Positions 1-8,461 of a stretch of 64,000 bases of DNA are shown here, one piece after another. Position 1 is the stretch's first letter. Each line of letters starts with the position of its first letter. The notes below the pieces were generated by a model. It did no database searches, was not told the DNA's origin, and saw only the letters and a list, made by a program, of their open reading frames with translations. The stretch is from an uncultured delta proteobacterium (lineage in GTDB: Bacteria; Myxococcota_A; Polyangia; Polyangiales; Polyangiaceae): assembly GCA_963850305.1 (NCBI GenBank), contig CAWKKR010000005.1, positions 335,641 through 399,640 of the forward strand. The letters are read 5' to 3'. The position numbers and the translations under genes are program-made.

Positions 1-228
1 AGGGCGCTCGGCGTCCCCGTGCTGCCGATCGTCCCGCAGTTCCTGATTCCCGGAGGGATGATGCCCCTGCCGACGAAATACCACGTGTACTTCGGCGAAC
101 CGATGCATTTTGACGGCGACGCGGACGACGATGACTCGATAATCGAAGAAAAGGTGTGGCTCGTGCGCCAGACGATTCAGAGCATGATCAACCGTGGGCT
201 CAAAGAGCGAAAGAGTCTCTTCTTTTGA
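1..228 (+). CDS. C-terminal part of a lysophospholipid/glycerol acyltransferase-family protein (starts before the window)
   Basis: PLPTKYHVYFGEPM...VRQTIQSMI resembles the C-terminus of PlsC-like acyltransferases; its stop overlaps the next ATG. Confidence 0.6.
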   Translation, partial: RALGVPVLPIVPQFLIPGGMMPLPTKYHVYFGEPMHFDGDADDDDSIIEEKVWLVRQTIQSMINRGLKERKSLFF

Positions 229-1277
229 TGGAAGATCAAGGCGACAACGGAGAGCCCACCGAAGGCGAGCCGCGGGCGATCGAACGGCGGCAGAGACGGT
301 CTCGACGAAGTTCCGACCTGCTCGCGCCCGAGCTGTTGGATCGTATGAGCACCGGGGCCGTCGTAGTCACGGGTATCTGCGGTCGGCTCGGCCGTCGCGT
401 CGCGCGCTTCTTGCATCGAGACCGCGCCGTCATCGGCCTCGACCGGCGTCCATTCCCCGATCGGCCGAAGGATATCGAGCACTGTCAGATCGATCTTCGA
501 CGAAAAAAGGCAAAGGAGGTCTTCAGAAACCGCAAGATTGCGGCTCTCGTTCACCTCGGCGTGATGCACGATCCCCGTGACAGCGGCGAGGACCATCACA
601 CGTGGAATGTGGTCGGGTTCCAGAAGCTGCTCGAATACGCGAGGCAGTCAGACGTGCCGAAGGTCGTCCTTCTGTCGAGCGCGAACGTTTACGGCCCGCG
701 CCCCGACAATCCACAGTTTCTGACGGAGGACGCACCCCTCCTGGCGGCGAGTGCCTTCAGCGAAATGCGCGATCTCGTCGAACTCGACATGCTGGCGCAG
801 TCCTTCTTCTGGAAGCATCCGAACACGGAGACGGTGATTCTGAGGCCGGCTCACATTCTCGGAACGGTGAGGAACGCGCCGAGCAACTACCTCCGGCTAC
901 CAGTCGTCCCCACTCTCATGGGCTTCGACCCGATGATGCAGGCGGTCCATCAGGACGACGTCGTCTCTGCGATTCGCCTCGCGCTCCGGCCTGGCGTTCG
1001 CGGAATCTTCAATGTTGCCGGACCGCCGCCGCTGCCCCTTTCGCACGCGGTTCAGATGCTCGAGCGCGGGCAACTACCAGTGCCACACTCGGTGGCGCGC
1101 GTGACGCTCGATCGACTCTGGAAGATGCGTCTTACCTCGTTTCCGGCGCCAGAGCTCGACTTCATCCGTTATGTTTGTATGGTGGACGACTCACGCGCAC
1201 GTCAGGTGCTCGGATACGTCCACGGTCATGGAATCGAAGAAACGCTGCGCGCCGTGGATCAGGAGCGATGGCTGTGA
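228..1277 (+). CDS. NAD-dependent epimerase/dehydratase (extended SDR)
   Basis: VVVTGICGRLG Rossmann motif, NVVG, LSSANVYG; ATG at 228 overlaps the upstream stop. Confidence 0.85.
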   Translation: MEDQGDNGEPTEGEPRAIERRQRRSRRSSDLLAPELLDRMSTGAVVVTGICGRLGRRVARFLHRDRAVIGLDRRPFPDRPKDIEHCQIDLRRKKAKEVFRNRKIAALVHLGVMHDPRDSGEDHHTWNVVGFQKLLEYARQSDVPKVVLLSSANVYGPRPDNPQFLTEDAPLLAASAFSEMRDLVELDMLAQSFFWKHPNTETVILRPAHILGTVRNAPSNYLRLPVVPTLMGFDPMMQAVHQDDVVSAIRLALRPGVRGIFNVAGPPPLPLSHAVQMLERGQLPVPHSVARVTLDRLWKMRLTSFPAPELDFIRYVCMVDDSRARQVLGYVHGHGIEETLRAVDQERWL

Positions 1278-1510
1278 ACCTCCGGGCGTTCGGCTCAGGA
1301 GGAGCGGTGGTGTTTGCGTGTTGCTCCCTCTATGGCTGCGCGCCTCACGCGCTCGGTCTCCCACCGGGACCATCCCCCGAATACGAGCGTCCGATGGTAC
1401 CGGTGCCGGATGGAGGGGCGCGGCAGCCGCCCCAGTCGGCCCGGGACGGCGGGAGCGCGCAGAAGCAAACACAATTCGACCATGCGCGGTTTGTCGTCGG
1501 GGTGCGTTGA
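1268..1510 (+). CDS. small putative lipoprotein
   Basis: ATG after AGGAG; hydrophobic N-terminus with lipobox-like LYGC, then a Pro-rich tail; fills the gap in the operon. Confidence 0.45.
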   Translation: MAVNLRAFGSGGAVVFACCSLYGCAPHALGLPPGPSPEYERPMVPVPDGGARQPPQSARDGGSAQKQTQFDHARFVVGVR

Positions 1511-1532
1511 GCTAGCATTCATGGGCGGAGTC

Positions 1533-2789
1533 ATGATTTCTGCGATCGACGTCAAAACGCTCGCCGAGCGCGCCAGGGCTGCCTCGAGAAGGCTGGGTCG
1601 TCTCGATCGGCGAGCGAAGGACGCCGCCTTGGCCGCGATTGCCTGCTCGTTACGCGAAAGCCGAGAACGGATCCGTGAGGCCAACGCGCGCGACATCGAG
1701 CGCGCTCGGGCAACCGGGCTACCCGCGGCGATGCTCGAGCGACTCGACATGGGACCGAAGGTGCTCGAATCCACCGCAAAGGGGGTCGAGCACGTGATCA
1801 CGCTTCCCGACCCCGTCGGGAGTCGCGCCGGGATGCAACGCCTCGAGAACGGTCTGCTGGTTGGCAAGCAACGGCTCCCACTGGGCGTCATCGCGATGGT
1901 GTACGAGTCTCGTCCAAACGTGACCGTGGACGCAGCGGCACTCTGTTTGAAGGCAGGCAACGCGGTGCTCTTGCGGGGCGGCAAGGAGGCGGTCGAAACG
2001 AACGCCGTTCTCGGGGACGTTCTTCGCGGCGCGCTCGAAGCGTCCGGCCTTCCAGCGGACGCCGTCGGCATCGTGCCGGCCGGGGATCACGGGTCCATCA
2101 AGGAGCTCATCGGTCTCTCCGGGCTCGTGGACGTCGTGATCCCTCGCGGTGGGGAAGGTCTCATCCGGTTCGTCGCGGAGAACGCACGCGTTCCCGTTCT
2201 GAACCACTTCAAAGGTGTCTGTCACCTGTTCGTCGACGATGGCTCGAGTGTCGACATGGCCGTTGCGCTAGCCCTGAACGGCAAGGCGCAGCGGCCCGGT
2301 GTGTGCAACGCGCTCGAATGCCTGCTGGTACACGAGGGCGTCGCCGCGTCGCACCTGCCGAAGGTCGCAGCGGCGCTGATCGATCGCGGCGTCGAAATTC
2401 GAGGGTGCCCGCGGACGGTCGAGCTCGTTCCTGGCGCCGTTCGCGCCTCCGAAGAAGACTGGGGCAGGGAATTCCTGGATTTGATTCTTGCCGTCCGCAT
2501 CGTCCCTGGTCTGGACGCCGCGATCGAACACATCGAGCGATACGGATCGAATCACACCGAGGCGATCTGCACCGACAGTCACTCGCGGGCGCAGCGCTTC
2601 TTGCGAGAGGTCGACGCGAGCTGTGTTCTCGTCAACGCCTCCACTCGCTTCAACGATGGTGGCCAGCTCGGGCTCGGCGCGGAAATCGGAATTTCCACCA
2701 CGAAGTTGCACGCCTACGGACCGATGGGGTTGGAGGGGCTCACTGCAGAAAAGTGGATCGTGCTGGGCGAGGGGCAGGTGAGAGGTTGA
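1533..2789 (+). CDS. proA: glutamate-5-semialdehyde dehydrogenase
   Basis: PLGVIAMVYESRPNVT, IPRGGEGLI, CNALE, NASTRFNDG, ISTTKLHAYGPMGL motifs. Confidence 0.97.
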   Translation: MISAIDVKTLAERARAASRRLGRLDRRAKDAALAAIACSLRESRERIREANARDIERARATGLPAAMLERLDMGPKVLESTAKGVEHVITLPDPVGSRAGMQRLENGLLVGKQRLPLGVIAMVYESRPNVTVDAAALCLKAGNAVLLRGGKEAVETNAVLGDVLRGALEASGLPADAVGIVPAGDHGSIKELIGLSGLVDVVIPRGGEGLIRFVAENARVPVLNHFKGVCHLFVDDGSSVDMAVALALNGKAQRPGVCNALECLLVHEGVAASHLPKVAAALIDRGVEIRGCPRTVELVPGAVRASEEDWGREFLDLILAVRIVPGLDAAIEHIERYGSNHTEAICTDSHSRAQRFLREVDASCVLVNASTRFNDGGQLGLGAEIGISTTKLHAYGPMGLEGLTAEKWIVLGEGQVRG

Positions 2790-2793
2790 GCCC

Positions 2794-3270
2794 TTGGTGA
2801 CGACCAAGAAAGCGTTGCGGAAAAGCTCCGCGTCCGTTCGACCGCGGGGGATCCCGCGCCCACCGCGGAAGGCGCGCCCGGAGTCGTCGCGTCCCGTCGG
2901 AAGTCGCGACGCGAGCGCGAAGCTTGCGCTGCTCGCCGCCGAAGCGGGACTCGACAAGAAGGCGGCGGCGATCGAGATCGTGGATGTCTGCGGCAAGGTG
3001 GACTACGCAGATTTTTTGGTGCTCATGACGGGTTCGAGCGATCGTCACGTCGCAGCCATTGCTGATGCGGTCGAGGAATTTCTCGGCAAGCACGGCGCGC
3101 AGTCCATCTCGATGGAGGGCCGCATGGCGGCGAGCTGGGTGCTCATCGATTTCGTCGACATCGTCGTGCACGTGTTTCAGCGCGAGGCGCGTGCAGTCTA
3201 CGATCTCGACGGACTCTGGATGGACGCGAGTCGATTGCCGCTTCCAGGTTTGCGCGCCGACGAAACGTGA
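2794..3270 (+). CDS. rsfS: ribosome silencing factor
   Basis: DKKA, DFLVLMTGSSDRHV, WVLIDFVDIVVHVF, YDLDGLW; lies next to rlmH. Confidence 0.95.
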   Translation: MVTTKKALRKSSASVRPRGIPRPPRKARPESSRPVGSRDASAKLALLAAEAGLDKKAAAIEIVDVCGKVDYADFLVLMTGSSDRHVAAIADAVEEFLGKHGAQSISMEGRMAASWVLIDFVDIVVHVFQREARAVYDLDGLWMDASRLPLPGLRADET

Positions 3271-3692
3271 GGATCGTCATCGTAGCCGTCGGCAAGCTGC
3301 GGGAAGCGCCGCTCCGTGCCGTGGCGGACGACTATTTCGCGCGAATTCGTCGCTACACGGCGTGCGAGGAGCGCGAGGTGAAATCGTCCGACGGCCTGGC
3401 GGCGAAGATCCCGGAGGGTTCAACCGTCGTCGCGCTCGAGATCTTCGGTGAATCCTTGACGAGCACCGCTCTGTCCAGGCGCGTGGACGAATGGTCGCGT
3501 CGCAACAAGGGAATCGTCACCTTTCTCATCGGGGGTGCCGATGGGATCCCCGCGGGCGTCTCGCGACGAGCGGATGCACAAGTCAGCCTATCGACGCTGA
3601 CGTTGCCACATCGTCTCGTCCGCGTGATACTTGCCGAGCAAATCTACCGTGCGATGACCCTGCTTCGAGGGGAACCCTACGCACGAGAATGA
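3267..3692 (+). CDS. rlmH: 23S rRNA (pseudouridine-1915-N3)-methyltransferase
   Basis: IVAVGKL, FLIGGADG, SLSTLTLPHRLVRVILAEQIYRA..L.GEPY. Confidence 0.95.
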   Translation: MRIVIVAVGKLREAPLRAVADDYFARIRRYTACEEREVKSSDGLAAKIPEGSTVVALEIFGESLTSTALSRRVDEWSRRNKGIVTFLIGGADGIPAGVSRRADAQVSLSTLTLPHRLVRVILAEQIYRAMTLLRGEPYARE

Positions 3693-4480
3693 CCCGTCGG
3701 GGCGTCGCGCCGGCCGAAGACGTAAGCGACGCCGATGGAGATGGCGTACAGCATGCACAACGGAACGGCGAGAATCAGCTGGCTCAGCGGATCTGGAGGC
3801 GTGATGATCGCCGCGATGACGAAGGCGACGACGATGAAGACGCGCGTGAACTTGATCAAATGATGATGCGTCACGAGCCCAGCGATCGAGAGGAAAAATA
3901 CTAGCACGGGCAACTCGAATACCGCTCCGAACGCGACGAGCATCCGGGAGACGAACTCGATGTACTCGTCGACCATGACCGCCGGCTCGACGACGATGTC
4001 AGGACCGATCTTTCCGCTGAAGCTCAGCAGATATTGAAATGCGACGGGAAAAGCAAAGCGCCATCCGAACCAAGCTCCGAAGGCAAACAAGCCGCAGGAG
4101 CTCACGACGAAGGGTATGGCATAACGCTTTTCTCGCTTGTAAAGGCCGGGAGAGACGAAGGCCCAGACCTGATAGAGCATGATGGGGAGCGAGACGAGCA
4201 GCCCGCCGATGACGGCCAGTTTCACGTAAGCGACGAACAACGACTGCGGCGCGGGAAAGTGAAGCTCCGCTTTGCCACCGAGTGTCGTTCCGTTCCATGC
4301 CCGGACGAACGGTCGCGTCAACCACGTGAGCATTCGCTCGCGCTCGTGCCACGCGAGCGCTGCGCCCGTCACGAAGGAGAAAGCCATGTAGATGAGTCGC
4401 TGGCGGAGTTCCTCCAGGTGCTCCCAGATCGTCATCGCGCCTTCCGCGGGCGGCGCGGCGTCTCGAGACTCTGCGCTCAC
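3677..4480 (-). CDS. tatC: twin-arginine translocase subunit TatC
   Basis: MTIWEHLEELRQRL, YQVWAFVSPGLYKREKR, FELP, AAIITPPD. Confidence 0.97.
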   Translation of the reverse strand: MSAESRDAAPPAEGAMTIWEHLEELRQRLIYMAFSFVTGAALAWHERERMLTWLTRPFVRAWNGTTLGGKAELHFPAPQSLFVAYVKLAVIGGLLVSLPIMLYQVWAFVSPGLYKREKRYAIPFVVSSCGLFAFGAWFGWRFAFPVAFQYLLSFSGKIGPDIVVEPAVMVDEYIEFVSRMLVAFGAVFELPVLVFFLSIAGLVTHHHLIKFTRVFIVVAFVIAAIITPPDPLSQLILAVPLCMLYAISIGVAYVFGRRDAPTGHSRA

Positions 4481-4974
4481 ACGGATTCTTTCACGCTGCC
4501 GACGTGTGCACTCGACGAAGACGTGCCCGTCGCCGTGTCGGGAACAGGCGCCGTGAATCGGGACGTGTCGCTTTCGTCAGCGGAGGTGGAGATCGCAACG
4601 AGGTCTTCGGGGATGGCGCCGTAGGAGTCAGGGCCTTCCACCGGGTACTCGCGGAGCCGATCGAAGGCCGTTGCCTCGCCGTAGGCGTCGAGGGCTCCGT
4701 CTGTCGGGCGTACGGCATCGGCCGCGGTGTACCGGTGCATGCCGATGACGTCGCCCTGGATCATGGCGCGGAGTTCGGAGAGACCTCCGGCAAGACCTTC
4801 GCTGCGAAGGATTTCATCGATACCCGTCTGTCGCCGGACCTCGGTCGTCATGCGCCGAAGGCGGCCCACCCATTGGCCGAGCGTAGTGAGGATCTCGGGA
4901 AGCCGCCGCGGGCCAACAACGACCAGAGCGACGACCGCGATCAGCACGACTTCACCGAGTGAGACACCGAACAC
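4477..4974 (-). CDS. tatB: twin-arginine translocase subunit TatB
   Basis: MFGVSLGEVVLIAVVALVVVGPRRLPE; directly upstream of tatC. Confidence 0.9.
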   Translation of the reverse strand: MFGVSLGEVVLIAVVALVVVGPRRLPEILTTLGQWVGRLRRMTTEVRRQTGIDEILRSEGLAGGLSELRAMIQGDVIGMHRYTAADAVRPTDGALDAYGEATAFDRLREYPVEGPDSYGAIPEDLVAISTSADESDTSRFTAPVPDTATGTSSSSAHVGSVKESV

Positions 4975-5049
4975 GCGCGAACGCTACCTCGCGACGCGCG
5001 ATGGAGCAATCTGTGACGCGACGAGCCAGATATGTCTCTCGGGGGGATT

Positions 5050-5178
5050 TCAGCGCTTTGCGCGCTTCTTCAAGCGATCGATTTCCGCGCGAACGGCGCG
5101 CGAGCCCATCGCGTAGCCAAGAATCACCCCGACCAGGAGCACGCCAGGGATGTAAACGATGTGCTCGACCGTCGGCAA
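5050..5178 (-). CDS. 42-aa single-TM membrane protein (absent from the ORF track)
   Basis: TTG..TGA ORF MPTVEHIVYIPGVLLVGVILGYAMGSRAVRAEIDRLKKRAKR; starts 3 bp after the ccmD-like stop. Confidence 0.7.
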   Translation of the reverse strand: MPTVEHIVYIPGVLLVGVILGYAMGSRAVRAEIDRLKKRAKR

Positions 5179-5181
5179 CGC

Positions 5182-5424
5182 TCAGGTCTTTTCCATTGCG
5201 TTGCGCACCGCCTTGTCCAGCGTCGCTAGTTTCTCTTCGATGCGAACCTGACGCCGCCAGGTGAGCCACAGGAACCCAATCAGAGCAGCCCACATGAGTA
5301 GGTATGCAGCCACCAGCAAGTGCGTCGCGCTCGAAGCCTCGCCCCCGCCGGCGACCGGAATGAACTGCGTGGCCCGCTCCGCCGGAGTGCCCTGCAAGGG
5401 AACGTGGGCCAGGAGATTCGTCAT
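5182..5424 (-). CDS. ccmD: CcmD-like heme exporter small subunit
   Basis: AAYLLMWAALIGFLWLTWRRQ followed by a coiled tail; overlaps the ccmC stop. Confidence 0.65.
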   Translation of the reverse strand: MTNLLAHVPLQGTPAERATQFIPVAGGGEASSATHLLVAAYLLMWAALIGFLWLTWRRQVRIEEKLATLDKAVRNAMEKT

Positions 5425-6140
5425 GCGTCTTCTTCCTCAGGGTGAAGAGTCAGTGCTTGCTCCTCGAGACGTGCGAGAAGCGTCTCGAGGCTTGCCAGTT
5501 GCGAACGCAGCCAGATGAGCAACGTGGCCAGCATCGTCATCGCCAGGAAGCCCACTCCGAGTGTCACTCGCATCATAGGGTCTCCGAGTCCACCGCCTCC
5601 ACGCCCTATGACGGTTGGGTGATTGCCGCCCCAGAGAACGACCGCATAATGGATGATTGGCAGATTCGCCGTGCCAAGAACGCCGAGGGCAGCTGCAAAC
5701 TTGCGTTCCGCATCGCCGTCGCCCGTGAACGCGCGCAAGACTACGACGGCGACGTACACCATCACGCTGAGGAGCGTGGTCGTCAGGCGGGGGTCCCAAG
5801 TCCAATAAACGCCCCAGGCCTTCTTCGCCCACAGCGGGCCACTCATCAGCACCATCGCGCCAAAGACCGTCGCGCACTCGGCTCCAGCGCGCGCCACGGA
5901 GTTACGGCGATCCGTCGGACCGGCCAGGTACGCTGCGCTTCCGAGAAAGCAAACGAAGCCCGATAGATACATCGCGTATGCGGAGGGGACGTGGAAGTAG
6001 AAAATCTTCTGAGCAATACCTCCCGCGGCCAGCTGGGCCGTCGGTGTGAGTTCGAAGATCAGAAAGATGAGGAGAGCAAACACGGCTGCCGCGGCGACGA
6101 GAAGCGTCGAAAAAAGGCGATGCGCCGAGGAGGCTTTCAT
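5421..6140 (-). CDS. ccmC: cytochrome c biogenesis protein CcmC/CcsA family
   Basis: IFYFHVP, GPLWAKKAWGVYWTWDPRLT (WWD motif), NLPIIH...HP. Confidence 0.93.
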   Translation of the reverse strand: MKASSAHRLFSTLLVAAAAVFALLIFLIFELTPTAQLAAGGIAQKIFYFHVPSAYAMYLSGFVCFLGSAAYLAGPTDRRNSVARAGAECATVFGAMVLMSGPLWAKKAWGVYWTWDPRLTTTLLSVMVYVAVVVLRAFTGDGDAERKFAAALGVLGTANLPIIHYAVVLWGGNHPTVIGRGGGGLGDPMMRVTLGVGFLAMTMLATLLIWLRSQLASLETLLARLEEQALTLHPEEEDA

Positions 6141-6184
6141 GCGGGCCGAGGCTACCATTTGAAGCGCGATACTGCTTTCCCGGC

Positions 6185-7600
6185 TCAAATCATGCAGTTC
6201 GCTCGCGCCAGGAAGGCGGTCAGTCGGGCCTGAAATACCTGAAAGTCTTTGATCAGCAGGTCGATCTCCGCCTGGCGCAGCTTGCTCGTGCTGTCGATGA
6301 GATCGAAGCTCGTGCCACTCCCGTTCACGAAGGCGAGCCGGGAGAGGCGCGCCTGTTCCTTGGCGACGTCGCGGGCCGTCCGCGCGACCGCCAGGTTGAC
6401 CTGGGCCACGGTGATGGCGCGGTCCGCCTGCGTGACTTGAAGAGTTACGTCTCGCTTCTTTTGGGTGAGCGTCTCCCGCGCGATGGTCAGCGCCGCTTCG
6501 TTACTACGCCGGAGACCGTAACGATCTCCGCCGTCGTAAAGCAACCATGTGAGCTGTCCGCCGAGCGTCCAGTTCACGTGGTTGCCGTTCGGCGATATGA
6601 GCGTCGAATTCACGTAGCTCAGACTCGACGCGAGGTCGACGCTCGGGAGATACTTGTAGTCGACCGAAGTGCGATCGCGTTCCGCGGCTGCTACCGCCAT
6701 CGAGGCAGACCGGATGTCGGCGCGGGCCTCGGTGGGGTCAACGACCTGACAGACCGAACTCGCGGTCCGCTCGAGGTCGTCGACTCCGATGCTGGTAGCC
6801 ACGCCCCATCCGACAGTGTCCCCCAGGGCGGCCCCGAGAGATTCGCGCGCCTGACGAAGCGATTCGTTGGCTGAAATGATCTGTGCGCGGCTCGAGGCGA
6901 CTTCTTGCTTCGCTCGGAGGACGTCGACCGCACTGGCGGCGCCGAGGTCGGCTCTGCGTTGCGTGAGCTCTAACGTCGAGAGTGCGGACTCGAGCGACAC
7001 CCGGCTCGACTCGGCAATGCGGCTCGCAGTGATCACTCCGACCGCTGCCTGAGCGACCGTGCCGAGCAGAATCCGCTGCGTGTCGAGTGCGTTTTCATCC
7101 GCCACGTGCTCGCGTGTTCTCGATGTCCCGACGGTGTACCAGGTGCTGAAGTCAATCACAGGAACCCGCAGATCGAGCGAGCTGGTGAGTTGCGTCGCTG
7201 GGTCCGGTAAGTTGCCGATGCCAGCTGCGTTGTTGATGGAGCTCGCTGTCGTGTCGAAGGTCAGACCATGACCCAGGAGCAGGTATCGCGTAACGCCTGC
7301 GTTCCCCGTTAGCTGCGGCAGGGCACCCGCAAGCGCGCGCCGCGTGGCTGCACGGCTCTGCTCGACCTGCGCCTGAGAGATGTGCAAGGCGGTCGATCGC
7401 GCGTGTACGAGTTCGAGCGCTTGCCGCCAGGAGGCGAGTTCGCGCGCCGGCGGCGGGACGGGCTCGAGCATCGGATCTTTCACGTCGGGCATCGTGATGC
7501 CGTCGGATGGGGTCGCGCCGGCAGGCGCTGCACCAGATTGTCCGAACCCGGAAGTCGCGAAGGCACACAGGGTGACCAGCGACGCGATCGACTTCTTCAT
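6185..7600 (-). CDS. TolC-family outer membrane efflux protein
   Basis: signal peptide, two OEP repeats, LTWLLYDGG, GSGTSFDLID. Confidence 0.85.
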   Translation of the reverse strand: MKKSIASLVTLCAFATSGFGQSGAAPAGATPSDGITMPDVKDPMLEPVPPPARELASWRQALELVHARSTALHISQAQVEQSRAATRRALAGALPQLTGNAGVTRYLLLGHGLTFDTTASSINNAAGIGNLPDPATQLTSSLDLRVPVIDFSTWYTVGTSRTREHVADENALDTQRILLGTVAQAAVGVITASRIAESSRVSLESALSTLELTQRRADLGAASAVDVLRAKQEVASSRAQIISANESLRQARESLGAALGDTVGWGVATSIGVDDLERTASSVCQVVDPTEARADIRSASMAVAAAERDRTSVDYKYLPSVDLASSLSYVNSTLISPNGNHVNWTLGGQLTWLLYDGGDRYGLRRSNEAALTIARETLTQKKRDVTLQVTQADRAITVAQVNLAVARTARDVAKEQARLSRLAFVNGSGTSFDLIDSTSKLRQAEIDLLIKDFQVFQARLTAFLARANCMI

Positions 7601-7698
7601 CCGTCCCATGAGCCGGTGAGATAGCGGTGAAGACGGACGCGGCAAAGGGCATTCGCGCGAAATCTCGCGCGCCCAGCGGCGCCCCACCAATCGTCGGA

Positions 7699-8283
7699 TC
7701 AGATGCTCGTGGACCAGCGTTCGAGAAGCGAAGCTGCCAGATCGGAGTCCGTCCCGAGTGCGCGATCCAGGACTCGACGTGCGTCCGCTTTGCGGCCCGC
7801 GCGAACGAGGGCATGGGCATAGGACGCGGCGACCTCGGCGTCTCGCGGGCGAGCACGGAACGCGCGAGCAAGCCATGGAACGGCCTCTGCCGGACGACCG
7901 AGCCCTGCGTCGAGAATGTGCCCGAGGTTGTGAGCGTACGACGCGCACGCAGGGGAGCGAGCGAGTGCCTTGGCGAAGCAGCTCTTTGCGCTCGCGTAAT
8001 GACCAAGAAGCGAGAGGGCGAGGCCCAGCACCGCCCAGGTCCGATCGGAATCCTCATGCTGGAGTACCTCTCGCGCCAGCACCGCGGAGCGCCAGGGTGA
8101 GGTTGCCAGGACGAGCTCAGCGAGCTCTCTGCCCGCAAAGCACGCAGCGGCCGAGCCTTTCGGGGCGTGGCTGTTCAGGCGCTCCAGCATCGGCACCAGA
8201 TCCCTCGGACCGAGACCTTTCTCGAGAGCCCACTCGACGTCGCTCTGGAGGCGTTGGATGTCGACGGCGCGGCCCTTCTTCAT
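7699..8283 (-). CDS. tetratricopeptide repeat protein
   Basis: WAVLGLALSLLGHY, YAHNLGHIL TPR-like helices. Confidence 0.75.
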   Translation of the reverse strand: MKKGRAVDIQRLQSDVEWALEKGLGPRDLVPMLERLNSHAPKGSAAACFAGRELAELVLATSPWRSAVLAREVLQHEDSDRTWAVLGLALSLLGHYASAKSCFAKALARSPACASYAHNLGHILDAGLGRPAEAVPWLARAFRARPRDAEVAASYAHALVRAGRKADARRVLDRALGTDSDLAASLLERWSTSI

Positions 8284-8461
8284 CGGTCTTTGTCGGATCC
8301 TTTTTTTCGACTTCTATCGCCTGCCCAGCGCTCAACTTAGCATTGTTTTTTCTTCGTTTGATGATGCGTAACTGCTAATCCGCAAAAGGCGAGCTTACGC
8401 AAGAAGCGCGCCGGTCACGCGGCACGGTTCTTGAGCATGTTCGCTTCTCGAGACCGCGCGA

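Noticed and set aside
602..1267. long Arg-rich alternative-frame ORFs (here and throughout)
   Set aside because: They are shadow ORFs expected in high-GC DNA and overlap well-supported genes.
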